A stretch of DNA of 32,000 nucleotides from Candidatus Omnitrophota bacterium (lineage in GTDB: Bacteria > Omnitrophota > Gorgyraeia > Zapsychrales > JANLHA01). The notes under the pieces are model-generated. The model was not told the origin of the DNA. It worked only from the letters and a program-made list of their open reading frames with translations, and made no database searches. The stretch is taken from positions 3,300,001 through 3,332,000 of the forward strand of contig OY759724.1 in assembly GCA_963662715.1 (NCBI GenBank). The letters are read 5' to 3'. A program made the position numbers and the translations under genes. This document shows, piece by piece, positions 7,607-15,416 of this stretch; the stretch's first letter is position 1, and the number at the start of each line of letters is the position of its first letter.

Positions 7607-8443
7607 TTAATTCGAATTAACCTGTTCCAATTCCGTTAAAGCAGCCTGCAGCTGGTCCGCCTTCGGCGCCTTGCCGTGCCACTGGGATTTTCCCTCCATG
7701 AAAGACACGCCTTTGCCTTTAACCGTATGGGCGATGATAACAAAAGGCTTTTCCGGGACGCTGTCAAACTGGTCCAGCGCGCTGAACAATTCATGAAAAT
7801 CATGTCCGTTCACCTCAACGGCATGCCACCCGAAACTGTTCCATTTGGATAAAAGCGGCTCAAGGTTCTTGATGTCATTCGTCGGACCGTTTTCCTGGAC
7901 TTTATTATAATCAACGATGGCGCACAAATTATCTAATTTATAATGGGCGGAGGTCATGGCCGCCTCCCAGATGGATCCTTCCTGGATTTCCCCGTCGCCT
8001 AAAATACAGTAGGTCTTAAAATCTTTTTTCAGCATCTTGGCGCCCAGGGCGATGCCGTTGGCCACAGCCAGGCCGTGACCGAGCGACCCAGTATTAAATT
8101 CGACGCCGGGTGTCTTGACATGGACATGCCCCTGCAGAGGGCTGCCGTACTTGCGGTAACGCTTCAGCTCCTCTTCCGGGAAATATCCGCTGTCGGCCAA
8201 AGCCACATAAGCGACCGGAGTGCAGTGCCCCTTGGAAATAATGCATCTGTCCCGGTCCGCCCAGTCAGGGTTATCCGGACGATGGTTCATTTTATAATGA
8301 TACAGCGCGATAAAAATCTCCACGGCCGAAAGAGAACCGCCGGGATGGCCGGAACCGGCAGAATGGACGATTTGTAAAATCTTCTTCCGGAATTCTGTTG
8401 CCTTTTCTTTCAGTTCGTTCATATCAACTCTTTTGGTTGTCAC
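7607..8443 (-). CDS. Transketolase, N-terminal (TPP-binding) subunit
   Basis: 278-aa ORF with SGHPGGSLSAVEI and the GDGEIQEGSIWEA TPP motif. The GTG start at 8443 is preceded by AAGGAGG with 5-nt spacing. Confidence 0.9.
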   Translation of the reverse strand: MTTKRVDMNELKEKATEFRKKILQIVHSAGSGHPGGSLSAVEIFIALYHYKMNHRPDNPDWADRDRCIISKGHCTPVAYVALADSGYFPEEELKRYRKYGSPLQGHVHVKTPGVEFNTGSLGHGLAVANGIALGAKMLKKDFKTYCILGDGEIQEGSIWEAAMTSAHYKLDNLCAIVDYNKVQENGPTNDIKNLEPLLSKWNSFGWHAVEVNGHDFHELFSALDQFDSVPEKPFVIIAHTVKGKGVSFMEGKSQWHGKAPKADQLQAALTELEQVNSN

Positions 8444-8628
8444 AAAATCCTCCTTTACTAAGCAGAAAATCAGCTTATAACTAAACCGTTGACTTGTATC
8501 ATTGTATTACATATTTAAACAGTAAATATAGGGAAAGATGGCCAAGGTGATTGTCATGGAATAAACGTCCATTCTTTTTGAAACAATGATTTTTGCGGAA
8601 AACAGCCGAGACATAAGAAGAAATAAAA

Positions 8629-8702
8629 TGGGCCATGGAGGACTCGAACCTCCCGCCCTCTGATTAAGAGTCAGATGCTCTACCAAGATGAGCTAATGGC
8701 CC
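8629..8702 (-). tRNA. tRNA-Lys (anticodon CTT), 74 nt, CCA not encoded
   Basis: The reverse complement reads GGGCCATTAGCTCATCTTGGTAGAGCATCTGACTCTTAATCAGAGGGCGGGAGGTTCGAGTCCTCCATGGCCCA. It folds as a cloverleaf: 7-bp acceptor stem GGGCCAT/ATGGCCC, D stem GCTC/GAGC, anticodon stem TCTGA/TCAGA with loop CTCTTAA, and T stem GGAGG/CCTCC with loop TTCGAGT. Confidence 0.92.
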
Positions 8703-8945
8703 AAATGTTACAACTTATTTATTTTCAATTTTTTAGCACAAAAGGATCTGGTCATCTTTATTCATAATCATCCAATATGCTAAAATAGCGCTATTTTCAG
8801 AGTCTTTATTATACCTGATATACATAGCGTGTAAATTATTTTTTTCGTATATTTGATAGCCATACTCAGTCCTGTGGCCTCCCCTTATCCCTGATCCACA
8901 GCCCCAATAACAGTCCCTTTACGATAACTGATTTATTATCCTGTC

Positions 8946-9420
8946 TTAATTGAATAAAATAAAGGTAATGATTCCGCCCATGTATCCCAGGAAAACCGGG
9001 AAGCTCATTTTCCGGACATACCAGCCAAAGTCCATTTTCTCCATGCCCATCACGACCACACCCGCCGCAGAGCCGATAACCAGCAAACTTCCCCCTGTCC
9101 CCACACAATAGGCAATGAGCTGCCAAAGCGGCGCGTCTTTGGGATAAACGTTGACATCAAACATCCCCATGGTTGAAGCCGTTAAAGGGACATTATCCAC
9201 CACAGAGGATGTGACACCCAGGAAAGCGACCATGACATTCTTGTTCCGGAACATTGTGTCCAGCACATGAGCGATTCGCAACAGGATGCCGGCTGAATCC
9301 AGAGCCGCAACGGTTAGAAGGATGCCTAAAAAAAACAGAAGACTCGAATAATCGACTTGTTTCAATATGCGCGGGACCTGAAGCCTGGCCTTCTTTTTAT
9401 GGGCTTTGTCCGTATACACC
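8946..9420 (-). pseudogene. nhaD: NhaD-type Na+/H+ antiporter, C-terminal fragment (disrupted by the insertion)
   Basis: The ORF reads (V)YTDKAHKKKARLQVPRILKQVDYSSLLFFLGILLTVAALDSAGIL... It continues colinearly from the N-terminal fragment at 11990-12755 once 9421-11994 is removed. Confidence 0.7.
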
Positions 9421-9804
9421 GATAGTGTCGGAAAACCTATTGTAGAAACAAATCTGTACTCTTATACCGGAAATGACCCCGTAAATTGGATAGATCCTTT
9501 GGGTTTGTTGAAGAGGGATCATCGTTTCTGGGAGAATGTCAAAGAAGGGGTAATGAATAATCTTAAAAAGAAGTATGCTAAGTTTAAGAAAGAGAATCCC
9601 TGTGAAGAAGCTCCGCCAATTGCCGGGGAAGATTTGGAGAGCTCATTAGATAAATTTGCAGAAGCTTTTGCCGATGAATTAACAGAGAAAGAATTCGGTT
9701 TCTTGGGCAGGGGCGTTGAAAAAAATAGTGATGCTGTTAAGGAACGCTTAAAAATTAAATATCCTGATTGGCCATGGGAAGAATGGGACATAATTTTTAA
9801 ATGA
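9406..9804 (+). CDS. Orphan Rhs C-terminal tip: end of the RHS core (..NLYSYTGNDPVNWIDPLGL) followed by a ~98-aa unassigned toxin-like domain
   Basis: The end-of-core signature NLYxYxxNxPxxxxDPxGL lies at 9457-9507. Only about 29 core residues are present, so this is not a full rhs gene. The listed TTG start at 9406 lies outside the element, in antisense nhaD, so the true start is uncertain. An internal ATG at 9553 is preceded by GAAGGGG. Confidence 0.6.
   Translation: MSVYTDSVGKPIVETNLYSYTGNDPVNWIDPLGLLKRDHRFWENVKEGVMNNLKKKYAKFKKENPCEEAPPIAGEDLESSLDKFAEAFADELTEKEFGFLGRGVEKNSDAVKERLKIKYPDWPWEEWDIIFK
9416..9420. repeat. Target-site duplication, left copy (ACACC)
   Basis: ACACC lies immediately outside the left inverted repeat. 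An identical pentamer lies immediately outside the right inverted repeat at 11990-11994. Confidence 0.8.
9421..9437 (+). repeat. Left terminal inverted repeat (IRL)
   Basis: GATAGTGTCGGAAAACC; 14 of 17 match to the reverse complement of 11973-11989. Confidence 0.75.
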
Positions 9805-10178
9805 GAAATAACCTGAGAGAGCACGTTCCAAGGCGGAAACTAATATTGGGATGTTTTATGGGGTTTTGCTTTGGTATTCTAATAATCGTTTGCGGGGATT
9901 TTGTTTCAAATATTCCGAATTATTCAAGCAGCTTTTTCCTGAATTCAATTTATTGGGTATGTACCTATTTAGCCAGTGTGGCGGCAATACTGGCAAAGCT
10001 AATATTAGGAACATTCTTTAATAAATGGTACTCAGTGGTATTAAATTTAATCGCATTGATGTATTTTTCAGTATTGGGAATGTGTTGTGTTGTTCTGTTT
10101 AGAAGGGGTAAAAAAATTTTTATATTTGTTTTCATTGCTCTTCTGGTCGTTCATGGAGCAGGTCTGTATTTATTCTGA
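9801..10178 (+). CDS. Putative cognate immunity protein, small 4-TM membrane protein
   Basis: 125-aa ORF whose ATG overlaps the toxin stop (ATGA at 9801-9804). Four hydrophobic segments lie at roughly aa 13-33, 45-70, 76-99 and 104-125. The position immediately 3' of an Rhs tip is the canonical immunity slot. Confidence 0.55.
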   Translation: MRNNLREHVPRRKLILGCFMGFCFGILIIVCGDFVSNIPNYSSSFFLNSIYWVCTYLASVAAILAKLILGTFFNKWYSVVLNLIALMYFSVLGMCCVVLFRRGKKIFIFVFIALLVVHGAGLYLF

Positions 10179-10292
10179 GATGTCCGTAATTTCAAAAAGG
10201 GATTTTCCTGTAAAATAATATATAAAACAATAATGTCGTCGAGATTATGAAGTATAATAGAGGTGTCCGAATAAAAGAAAGGAGCCTCTTGA

Positions 10293-11888
10293 ATGTTAAA
10301 GAATCCCCAAAACCAAGCCTCATTTTTTGATGCTGAGTATATCTGCGAAGACTTAATCCCTGCCGATAGTTACTACCGCAAGTTCAGGGAAATAGTCTTC
10401 CCGCTCATGGATGAGTTGGATTTTGAATCCATGTATTGTCAGGATAATGGCCGTCCGCCGATCTCGCCGAAGTTGTTGGCCATGGCGTTGCTGTTGCAAT
10501 TCCATAAGAATTTGTCAGATCGGGGAATGGAGCGGGCATGCATGTATGATATTGAGATCAAGTATGCCTTGGGATTAAAACTCAACGAGCGACCGTTCGA
10601 TCATTCAAGTCTGGGAGATTTTAGGAAGCGATTGTATGAGCATGGACAAAGCAAGAGGGTTTTTGACCAGATACTCAACAAGTTGATTGAGGCAGATTTG
10701 ATAGAGCGTGATGAAATTCAGCGGATTGATGCGACGCATATGATTGCTGATATTGCGATACCGACGGTGGTGGCGTTGGTCAAGAAAGGCATTCGTGAAA
10801 TATTAAAACCGTTGAAAGGCCAAAAGCCCGAGTTATACGCTAAGGTTATAAAAAATATCGATGTCGAAGAATATACGCGGGAAAAAGTCAACCAGGCGGA
10901 TGAAGGACGGCTGGATATTGAGAAACGGCAAAGAAAGCTGGTCAAGGTCGTTACCGATGCGCGAAACCTTTTGAGAGAAGTCGAGGATGTTAACATGAGT
11001 CGTGGATTGCGAAAGCGGATTGAATTGCTTCAGAGGATACTGCAGGAGAACGTTAAGGAAGCCGACGAGGGCAAGATTGAGGAACGCAAATATAAAGATA
11101 AACCGCCGGACTTGCTGGTAAGTCCGATTGACGAAGACGCGCGGTATGGCGCAAAGTCGGATACAAAAAGATTTATGGGATACAAGGCAAATGTGACAGA
11201 GAGTGTGAAAAATCGGTTGATCACAAATATTGAAGTGATGCCCGGAAACAGACGGGATGGTGAGCCGACAGTGAAGATGGTGGTGGAGCAGAAACTGAAC
11301 GGATTAGTCCCTAAGAAGCTGGTAGGAGACGCGGCGTACGCGGACGGGATGTATAGAAAATTGCTCAAAGATAATGAAACCCTGCTGGTCGCACCGTTAA
11401 GAAAAGTTAATGAAAGTGCACAAAAAATTTACCCCAAAAGCATGTTTTATTACGATGAGAAAACAGGAACAGTAACGTGTCCGCAAGGCGTAAAAACAAA
11501 AACATGTTTTGAAGATCGTCGCCATGGGTTAAAGCAATTTCATTTTCCGATGAGCGCGTGCAATCAGTGTGGCGTTCAGAAAGAGTGTACAAAAGCAAAA
11601 GAAGGACGCCGGACGATAGGGATCAGTATCTTTAATAAAGAGCTGCGCGAAGCCGAAGTATACAACGAAACAGAACAATTCAAAAAGGACATGAAGCTGC
11701 GTCCACCGATTGAAGGAAAGCTGTCGGAGTTGACGCGGTATCACGGCTTAAGGCGCGCACGATATCGAAGGTTATATAAAGTGCGGCTTCAGGGTTATTT
11801 TACAGCGGCTGCGGTGAACATCAAGCGGTGGTTCAAGCTGATTATCGAAGGAATAGCAAGGCACCCGGAGGTTGCGATGGGCTTTTAG
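10293..11888 (+). CDS. IS1182-family-like DDE transposase
   Basis: 531 aa. The N-terminus matches the InsH/DUF772-like pattern (FFDAEYICEDLIPADSYYRKFREIV). It has a DDE region (RIDATHMIADI..., VGDAAYADG), a Cys-rich segment (TCPQG...CNQCGVQKEC) and a C-terminal YHGLRRARYRRLYKVRLQGYFTAAAVNIKR. SD AAAGGAG lies 8 nt upstream of the ATG. Confidence 0.8.
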   Translation: MLKNPQNQASFFDAEYICEDLIPADSYYRKFREIVFPLMDELDFESMYCQDNGRPPISPKLLAMALLLQFHKNLSDRGMERACMYDIEIKYALGLKLNERPFDHSSLGDFRKRLYEHGQSKRVFDQILNKLIEADLIERDEIQRIDATHMIADIAIPTVVALVKKGIREILKPLKGQKPELYAKVIKNIDVEEYTREKVNQADEGRLDIEKRQRKLVKVVTDARNLLREVEDVNMSRGLRKRIELLQRILQENVKEADEGKIEERKYKDKPPDLLVSPIDEDARYGAKSDTKRFMGYKANVTESVKNRLITNIEVMPGNRRDGEPTVKMVVEQKLNGLVPKKLVGDAAYADGMYRKLLKDNETLLVAPLRKVNESAQKIYPKSMFYYDEKTGTVTCPQGVKTKTCFEDRRHGLKQFHFPMSACNQCGVQKECTKAKEGRRTIGISIFNKELREAEVYNETEQFKKDMKLRPPIEGKLSELTRYHGLRRARYRRLYKVRLQGYFTAAAVNIKRWFKLIIEGIARHPEVAMGF

Positions 11889-11972
11889 AAGATTGAAGGG
11901 CGTAAAATAAGTGCGCCCCAAAAATAATGCTCTTTGAAACTGGACCAAAAGTCCAACGGCGGAAAAATACCG

Positions 11973-11989
11973 GGTTTTCAGACGGTATC
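11973..11989 (-). repeat. Right terminal inverted repeat (IRR)
   Basis: The reverse complement reads GATACCGTCTGAAAACC; see IRL. Confidence 0.75.
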
Positions 11990-11994
11990 ACACC
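11990..11994. repeat. Target-site duplication, right copy (ACACC)
   Basis: Identical to 9416-9420 and directly abuts IRR. Confidence 0.8.
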
Positions 11995-12755
11995 CATAAT
12001 AACCCTAATCCCAATAAAACGCTCAGATAAGGCGGCAGATCGAAAACGGCTTTTAAAACAGGGACCAGCAATAAAGCACCCGTCCCTATCAAAAAGACCG
12101 TATTGGTTTCAACGGAGCTGACGCACCGCACTGGCATAAGCCCCTTGGCGTTTTTGCCCTTGATCCGGAAAGAGAAATACAACAAAGGAAGCAATACGCT
12201 CACGAGACTGGAAAAAAACACTTTTTGAATCACCGCAGCAGATGTTAGATATCCTTTTATCCACAACATTGTTGTTGTCACATCCCCTATAGGCGTCCAC
12301 GCCCCGCCGGCATTCGCCGCGACAATAATCATGCTGGCGAAGGTCAGGCGCTCTGCTGTTTTCGGCAGGAATTGATGCAGAAGCGTCATCATAATGATAG
12401 ACGTTGTCACAAAAGCGGAAAGGAAGAACGTCATGAACGTGGTCAGCCAAAGCAGGGACAAATGGCTCCTGGCCTGAATCAGGCGGGAAATAACGCAAAA
12501 GCCGTGATAAGAATCAATAATTTCCACGATCGTCATCACCCCCATCAAGAAAAAGAATATCTGTGCGATATCCGAGACATGGTCATTCAGCTGCTGGAGC
12601 ACCACGGCATCATGATGCCAGCTGTCGATTAAAACAATGCTCCAGCAAAAGAAAGCGAGCAGTATCGCGACGGCAGATTTATTCACTTCAAACTTCTGTT
12701 CGAAAGAAATAAAAACATAGCCGCCGATAAAAACAATTAAGAGGATGATATCCAT
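11990..12755 (-). pseudogene. nhaD: NhaD-type Na+/H+ antiporter, N-terminal fragment (255 codons, then a stop created by the IS end)
   Basis: The ORF reads MDIILLIVFIGGYVFISFEQKFEVNKSAVAILL...LGLGLLWV and then hits a TGA formed at the junction with the element. It is a multi-TM permease pattern. Confidence 0.7.
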
Positions 12756-12776
12756 AATGTCATTATCTTCTGTCTG

Positions 12777-13733
12777 TTATTTCCGGATAAGGAGGATCAC
12801 GATGTATCCCACATAACACAGGCAGAAAACCACCCCTTCCCATCTGTCTAACTTGCGTTTTCCTCCGGTAAACATGAACAGGAACAACAGCAGGCTGGCA
12901 AGGACAGCGACCCCGATATCAAAATTGACGGCATGAGGAAACGGGATCGGCTTTATGACCGACGTTATTCCTAACACAAAAAATATGTTGAAAATATTAG
13001 AGCCCACAATATTACCGACGGCAATCTCGGGATTCTTCTTTAACGCCGCCATGACAGAGGTCGCTAATTCAGGCAGGGAGGTCCCGACCGCCACGACCGT
13101 TAAGGCAATCAGCGTCGTGCTGACATTTAAGGCTTGGGCGGCCGAGACCGCCCCGTCCACGATCAACTTCCCCCCTAATGTTAAACCTAAAAGCCCGAAC
13201 ACCACCATACTTCCGGCCTGAAGCATCCCCGCGGTTTGCGCGGGGACATGCTGGGACATACCGTCAATCTGCTGGGCTATGCTGAAGGAATAGTATAAAA
13301 AGATAATAAAAAAAGATAACAGGACAAGGCCGTCTGTGCGGGTTAACGCGGAGTCCTGTGCCCGGTCGATGACCTGATCGTTCGCCATAATCGCAAGCAG
13401 AACAATAGCCAAAAGACTTAAAGGGATCTCTTTCCAAACGGTCCCTTTTGACACGGCCAAAGGCGTTATGGCCGAAGATATCCCAAGGATCAGCAGGATG
13501 TTGGCAATATTGCTCCCGAGGATGTTCCCCACGGCAATATCGGTTGTGCCTTTTAAGGCTGAAAGGACATTGACAGCCAGTTCAGGGGTAGAGGTCCCAA
13601 AAGCGACGACCGTGAGCCCGACCACCAGATCAGAAACCTTCCATTTCCTGGCCAAACTCGACGCCCCGTCCACCAGGATATCCGCGCCTTTTATCAGCAG
13701 AGTGAAGCCGATGATGATCCACACATAGGACAT
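12777..13733 (-). CDS. Ca2+/Na+ antiporter (CaCA / YrbG-like)
   Basis: 318 aa with two alpha-repeat signatures, GNILGSNIANILLILG and GNIVGSNIFNIFFVLG, and about 10 TM segments. Confidence 0.85.
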   Translation of the reverse strand: MSYVWIIIGFTLLIKGADILVDGASSLARKWKVSDLVVGLTVVAFGTSTPELAVNVLSALKGTTDIAVGNILGSNIANILLILGISSAITPLAVSKGTVWKEIPLSLLAIVLLAIMANDQVIDRAQDSALTRTDGLVLLSFFIIFLYYSFSIAQQIDGMSQHVPAQTAGMLQAGSMVVFGLLGLTLGGKLIVDGAVSAAQALNVSTTLIALTVVAVGTSLPELATSVMAALKKNPEIAVGNIVGSNIFNIFFVLGITSVIKPIPFPHAVNFDIGVAVLASLLLFLFMFTGGKRKLDRWEGVVFCLCYVGYIVILLIRK

Positions 13734-13802
13734 AGACGGACTCTGTTTCTTAAAAAAAGTTATCGCCCTTTAAAACGCTTCCCCCGGCCGGACAGTGCGG
13801 CA

Positions 13803-14246
13803 TTACAGCTGGGACATCCTCTTTGTGATTGTCCTGTCATTCTGCGTAATGACGCGCAGTCTTTCCTTCGGGGCATGGCTGAATTTCCCGATCTTCTTCA
13901 CGTCCATGACGATACGCCACAAAACCTGAGGCAGGGTTTTGGTTTTTTTGTCGCCGAACTTATGGCCTTCCAAAAACGCCAACGTCTGCATTTCCGTGAC
14001 TTGCCCCGTCAACCCGAACCCTTCATCTTTATTTTCGTCCCAGACCAACAAGGTGCAATTTTTATTATCATACAGGTTCATGACCGTGCAGTCGCAGAGC
14101 CATTCCTTAATCACGACCCTGTTCCTGGAATCCAATTTGATCGTTTTGACAGTGTCTATCCCCGGCTCACCGTCTTTGTTCGCCGTGGCGATAAAAACAT
14201 ATTCCACCTTCCTGCTGAAGGCCATGACATCTTTAAGGTTTTTCAT
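13803..14246 (-). CDS. Hypothetical protein, possibly a PNPOx-like FMN-binding split-barrel fold
   Basis: 147-aa ORF. It shows a weak pattern resemblance (VFIATANKDGEPG...VVIKEW...LLVWDE...GFGLTG). No catalytic motif was recognised. Confidence 0.35.
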   Translation of the reverse strand: MKNLKDVMAFSRKVEYVFIATANKDGEPGIDTVKTIKLDSRNRVVIKEWLCDCTVMNLYDNKNCTLLVWDENKDEGFGLTGQVTEMQTLAFLEGHKFGDKKTKTLPQVLWRIVMDVKKIGKFSHAPKERLRVITQNDRTITKRMSQL

Positions 14247-14357
14247 AATCGGCTCCGTAAAGACTTAATCTTATATTTCATCTATGGAATTCAGGCTTTG
14301 TGTCCTTAAAAAACAGGGCGCCCCCTCTTCAGACAAGTCCGGGCATTCTTTTAAAAT

Positions 14358-15263
14358 CTAACGGGATCCGGGAATCTTCTTTCCTGGCCGCGGCGGGGAC
14401 AGCAGGCCCCCTGTTTTAACGGAAAAGGTCGTGGACCCTGTCTTTCCGACCATCACAGGCGTTGCCGTGATAAGGTACCCGTCCTCTTTTAAGTCGCAGT
14501 GGATGAGAAACCCGTTTCTGTTCTGGCCGCAGTAGTTCTCTTCAATCCGGGGAGGCATGCCCACGATCCAGTCAGGATTCACCGGGTACTTTTTGTCGTG
14601 ACTTGCCGCGTATCTTTCCAAAACATTTGATATTCTCCGGACAATCTGCAGGGCTTTCTTGTCGTTATCTTCAAGATATTTGTGTTTCGGAACATAAAAA
14701 ACGGCGAATAAAAAACCCAACACCACGACCGTCGGCATAGTAAAAACGATACACGCCCTGACCGTACTTAAAGCATGGACTTTTTTCAGGCCGAGAACCC
14801 CGAGGTATATTCCCCAGACCATGCTGATTAAAATCCCGGCCAAGGGAATGACCTGAAAAATGGCCGTAACACTGCTGAAAGCCATAACGCCGTAAGTCGC
14901 CTTGTAACCGCCCTGTCCGCCCAGAAGCCTGACAAAAATGTGGGCAAACCCGCTGATGGCAAAAAGGCTGACGATGATGATCGGGACAATGAAAATGAAC
15001 ATGATCACGAAGCCGACATAAGATTCAAGGGGACGGAACAGCACCTGCAGAATCGTCATAGATAAAACCGTTAACAGCTGTATTGTTAAATAAAAAAGCA
15101 GATGCTCCCCCAGGTCCTGGTGGGTTTTGACCCGGGCAAAAACAATTTCCGGCCGCGTCAGCAACAGTTTTACGGTCTGCCCCAAGGCCTTAAAAAAGCC
15201 GATGCGCCTGCGCTGATCCCAGGGCACTGTGTTTTCACTGGTTGTTTTTGTTATTTCTTCCAT
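14358..15263 (-). CDS. Yip1-domain membrane protein with a soluble C-terminal extension
   Basis: 301 aa. The N-terminus (PWDQRRRIGFFKALGQTVKLLLTRPEIVF) followed by 5 TM segments is typical of Yip1/DUF1282 proteins. About 110 aa follow the last TM. Confidence 0.6.
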   Translation of the reverse strand: MEEITKTTSENTVPWDQRRRIGFFKALGQTVKLLLTRPEIVFARVKTHQDLGEHLLFYLTIQLLTVLSMTILQVLFRPLESYVGFVIMFIFIVPIIIVSLFAISGFAHIFVRLLGGQGGYKATYGVMAFSSVTAIFQVIPLAGILISMVWGIYLGVLGLKKVHALSTVRACIVFTMPTVVVLGFLFAVFYVPKHKYLEDNDKKALQIVRRISNVLERYAASHDKKYPVNPDWIVGMPPRIEENYCGQNRNGFLIHCDLKEDGYLITATPVMVGKTGSTTFSVKTGGLLSPPRPGKKIPGSR

Positions 15264-15416
15264 AATAAAGCTGACATCCCGTTGCAGACATAGAACCGGC
15301 GGTGAAAGACAAAGACGTATATCTCAAGCACGGCAGACAATGTCCGGCAGTATCTTTTAATTTAATAACAAATTTCGATTTGGTCAAGCCCGTATTTATC
15401 ATATATACTTATATTT

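Larger units (their letters stand above)
9421..11989 (+). mobile_element. 2569-bp IS1182-like insertion element with passenger genes (Rhs toxin tip and immunity-like gene)
   Basis: The terminal inverted repeats are GATAGTGTCGGAAAACC (9421-9437) and the reverse complement of 11973-11989, GATACCGTCTGAAAACC, matching at 14 of 17 positions. A 5-bp direct repeat ACACC flanks the element. It contains a 531-aa DDE transposase. In-silico removal restores the nhaD reading frame. Confidence 0.8.

Noticed and set aside
8629-8945. tRNA-Lys as the attachment site of a genomic island
   Set aside because: No integrase is present, and I saw no repeat of the tRNA 3' half elsewhere in the window. The nearby mobile element has its own IRs and TSD inside nhaD and is unrelated to the tRNA.
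8866-9445. ORFs 8866-9126 (-) and 9254-9445 (+)
   Set aside because: These are alternative-frame or antisense shadows of the nhaD C-terminal fragment.
10179-10200. Internal sequence GATGTCCGTAATTTCAAAAAGG just after the immunity gene, considered as the genuine left IR of a 1.8-kb IS (with a related GGTGTCCGAATAAAAG at 10262-10277)
   Set aside because: The ungapped match to the right end is only about 4 of 17 and needs several gaps to improve. The 9421 end matches at 14 of 17 and is the one abutted by the ACACC duplication. It is kept only as a possible internal transposase-binding or vestigial end, to be checked against ISfinder.
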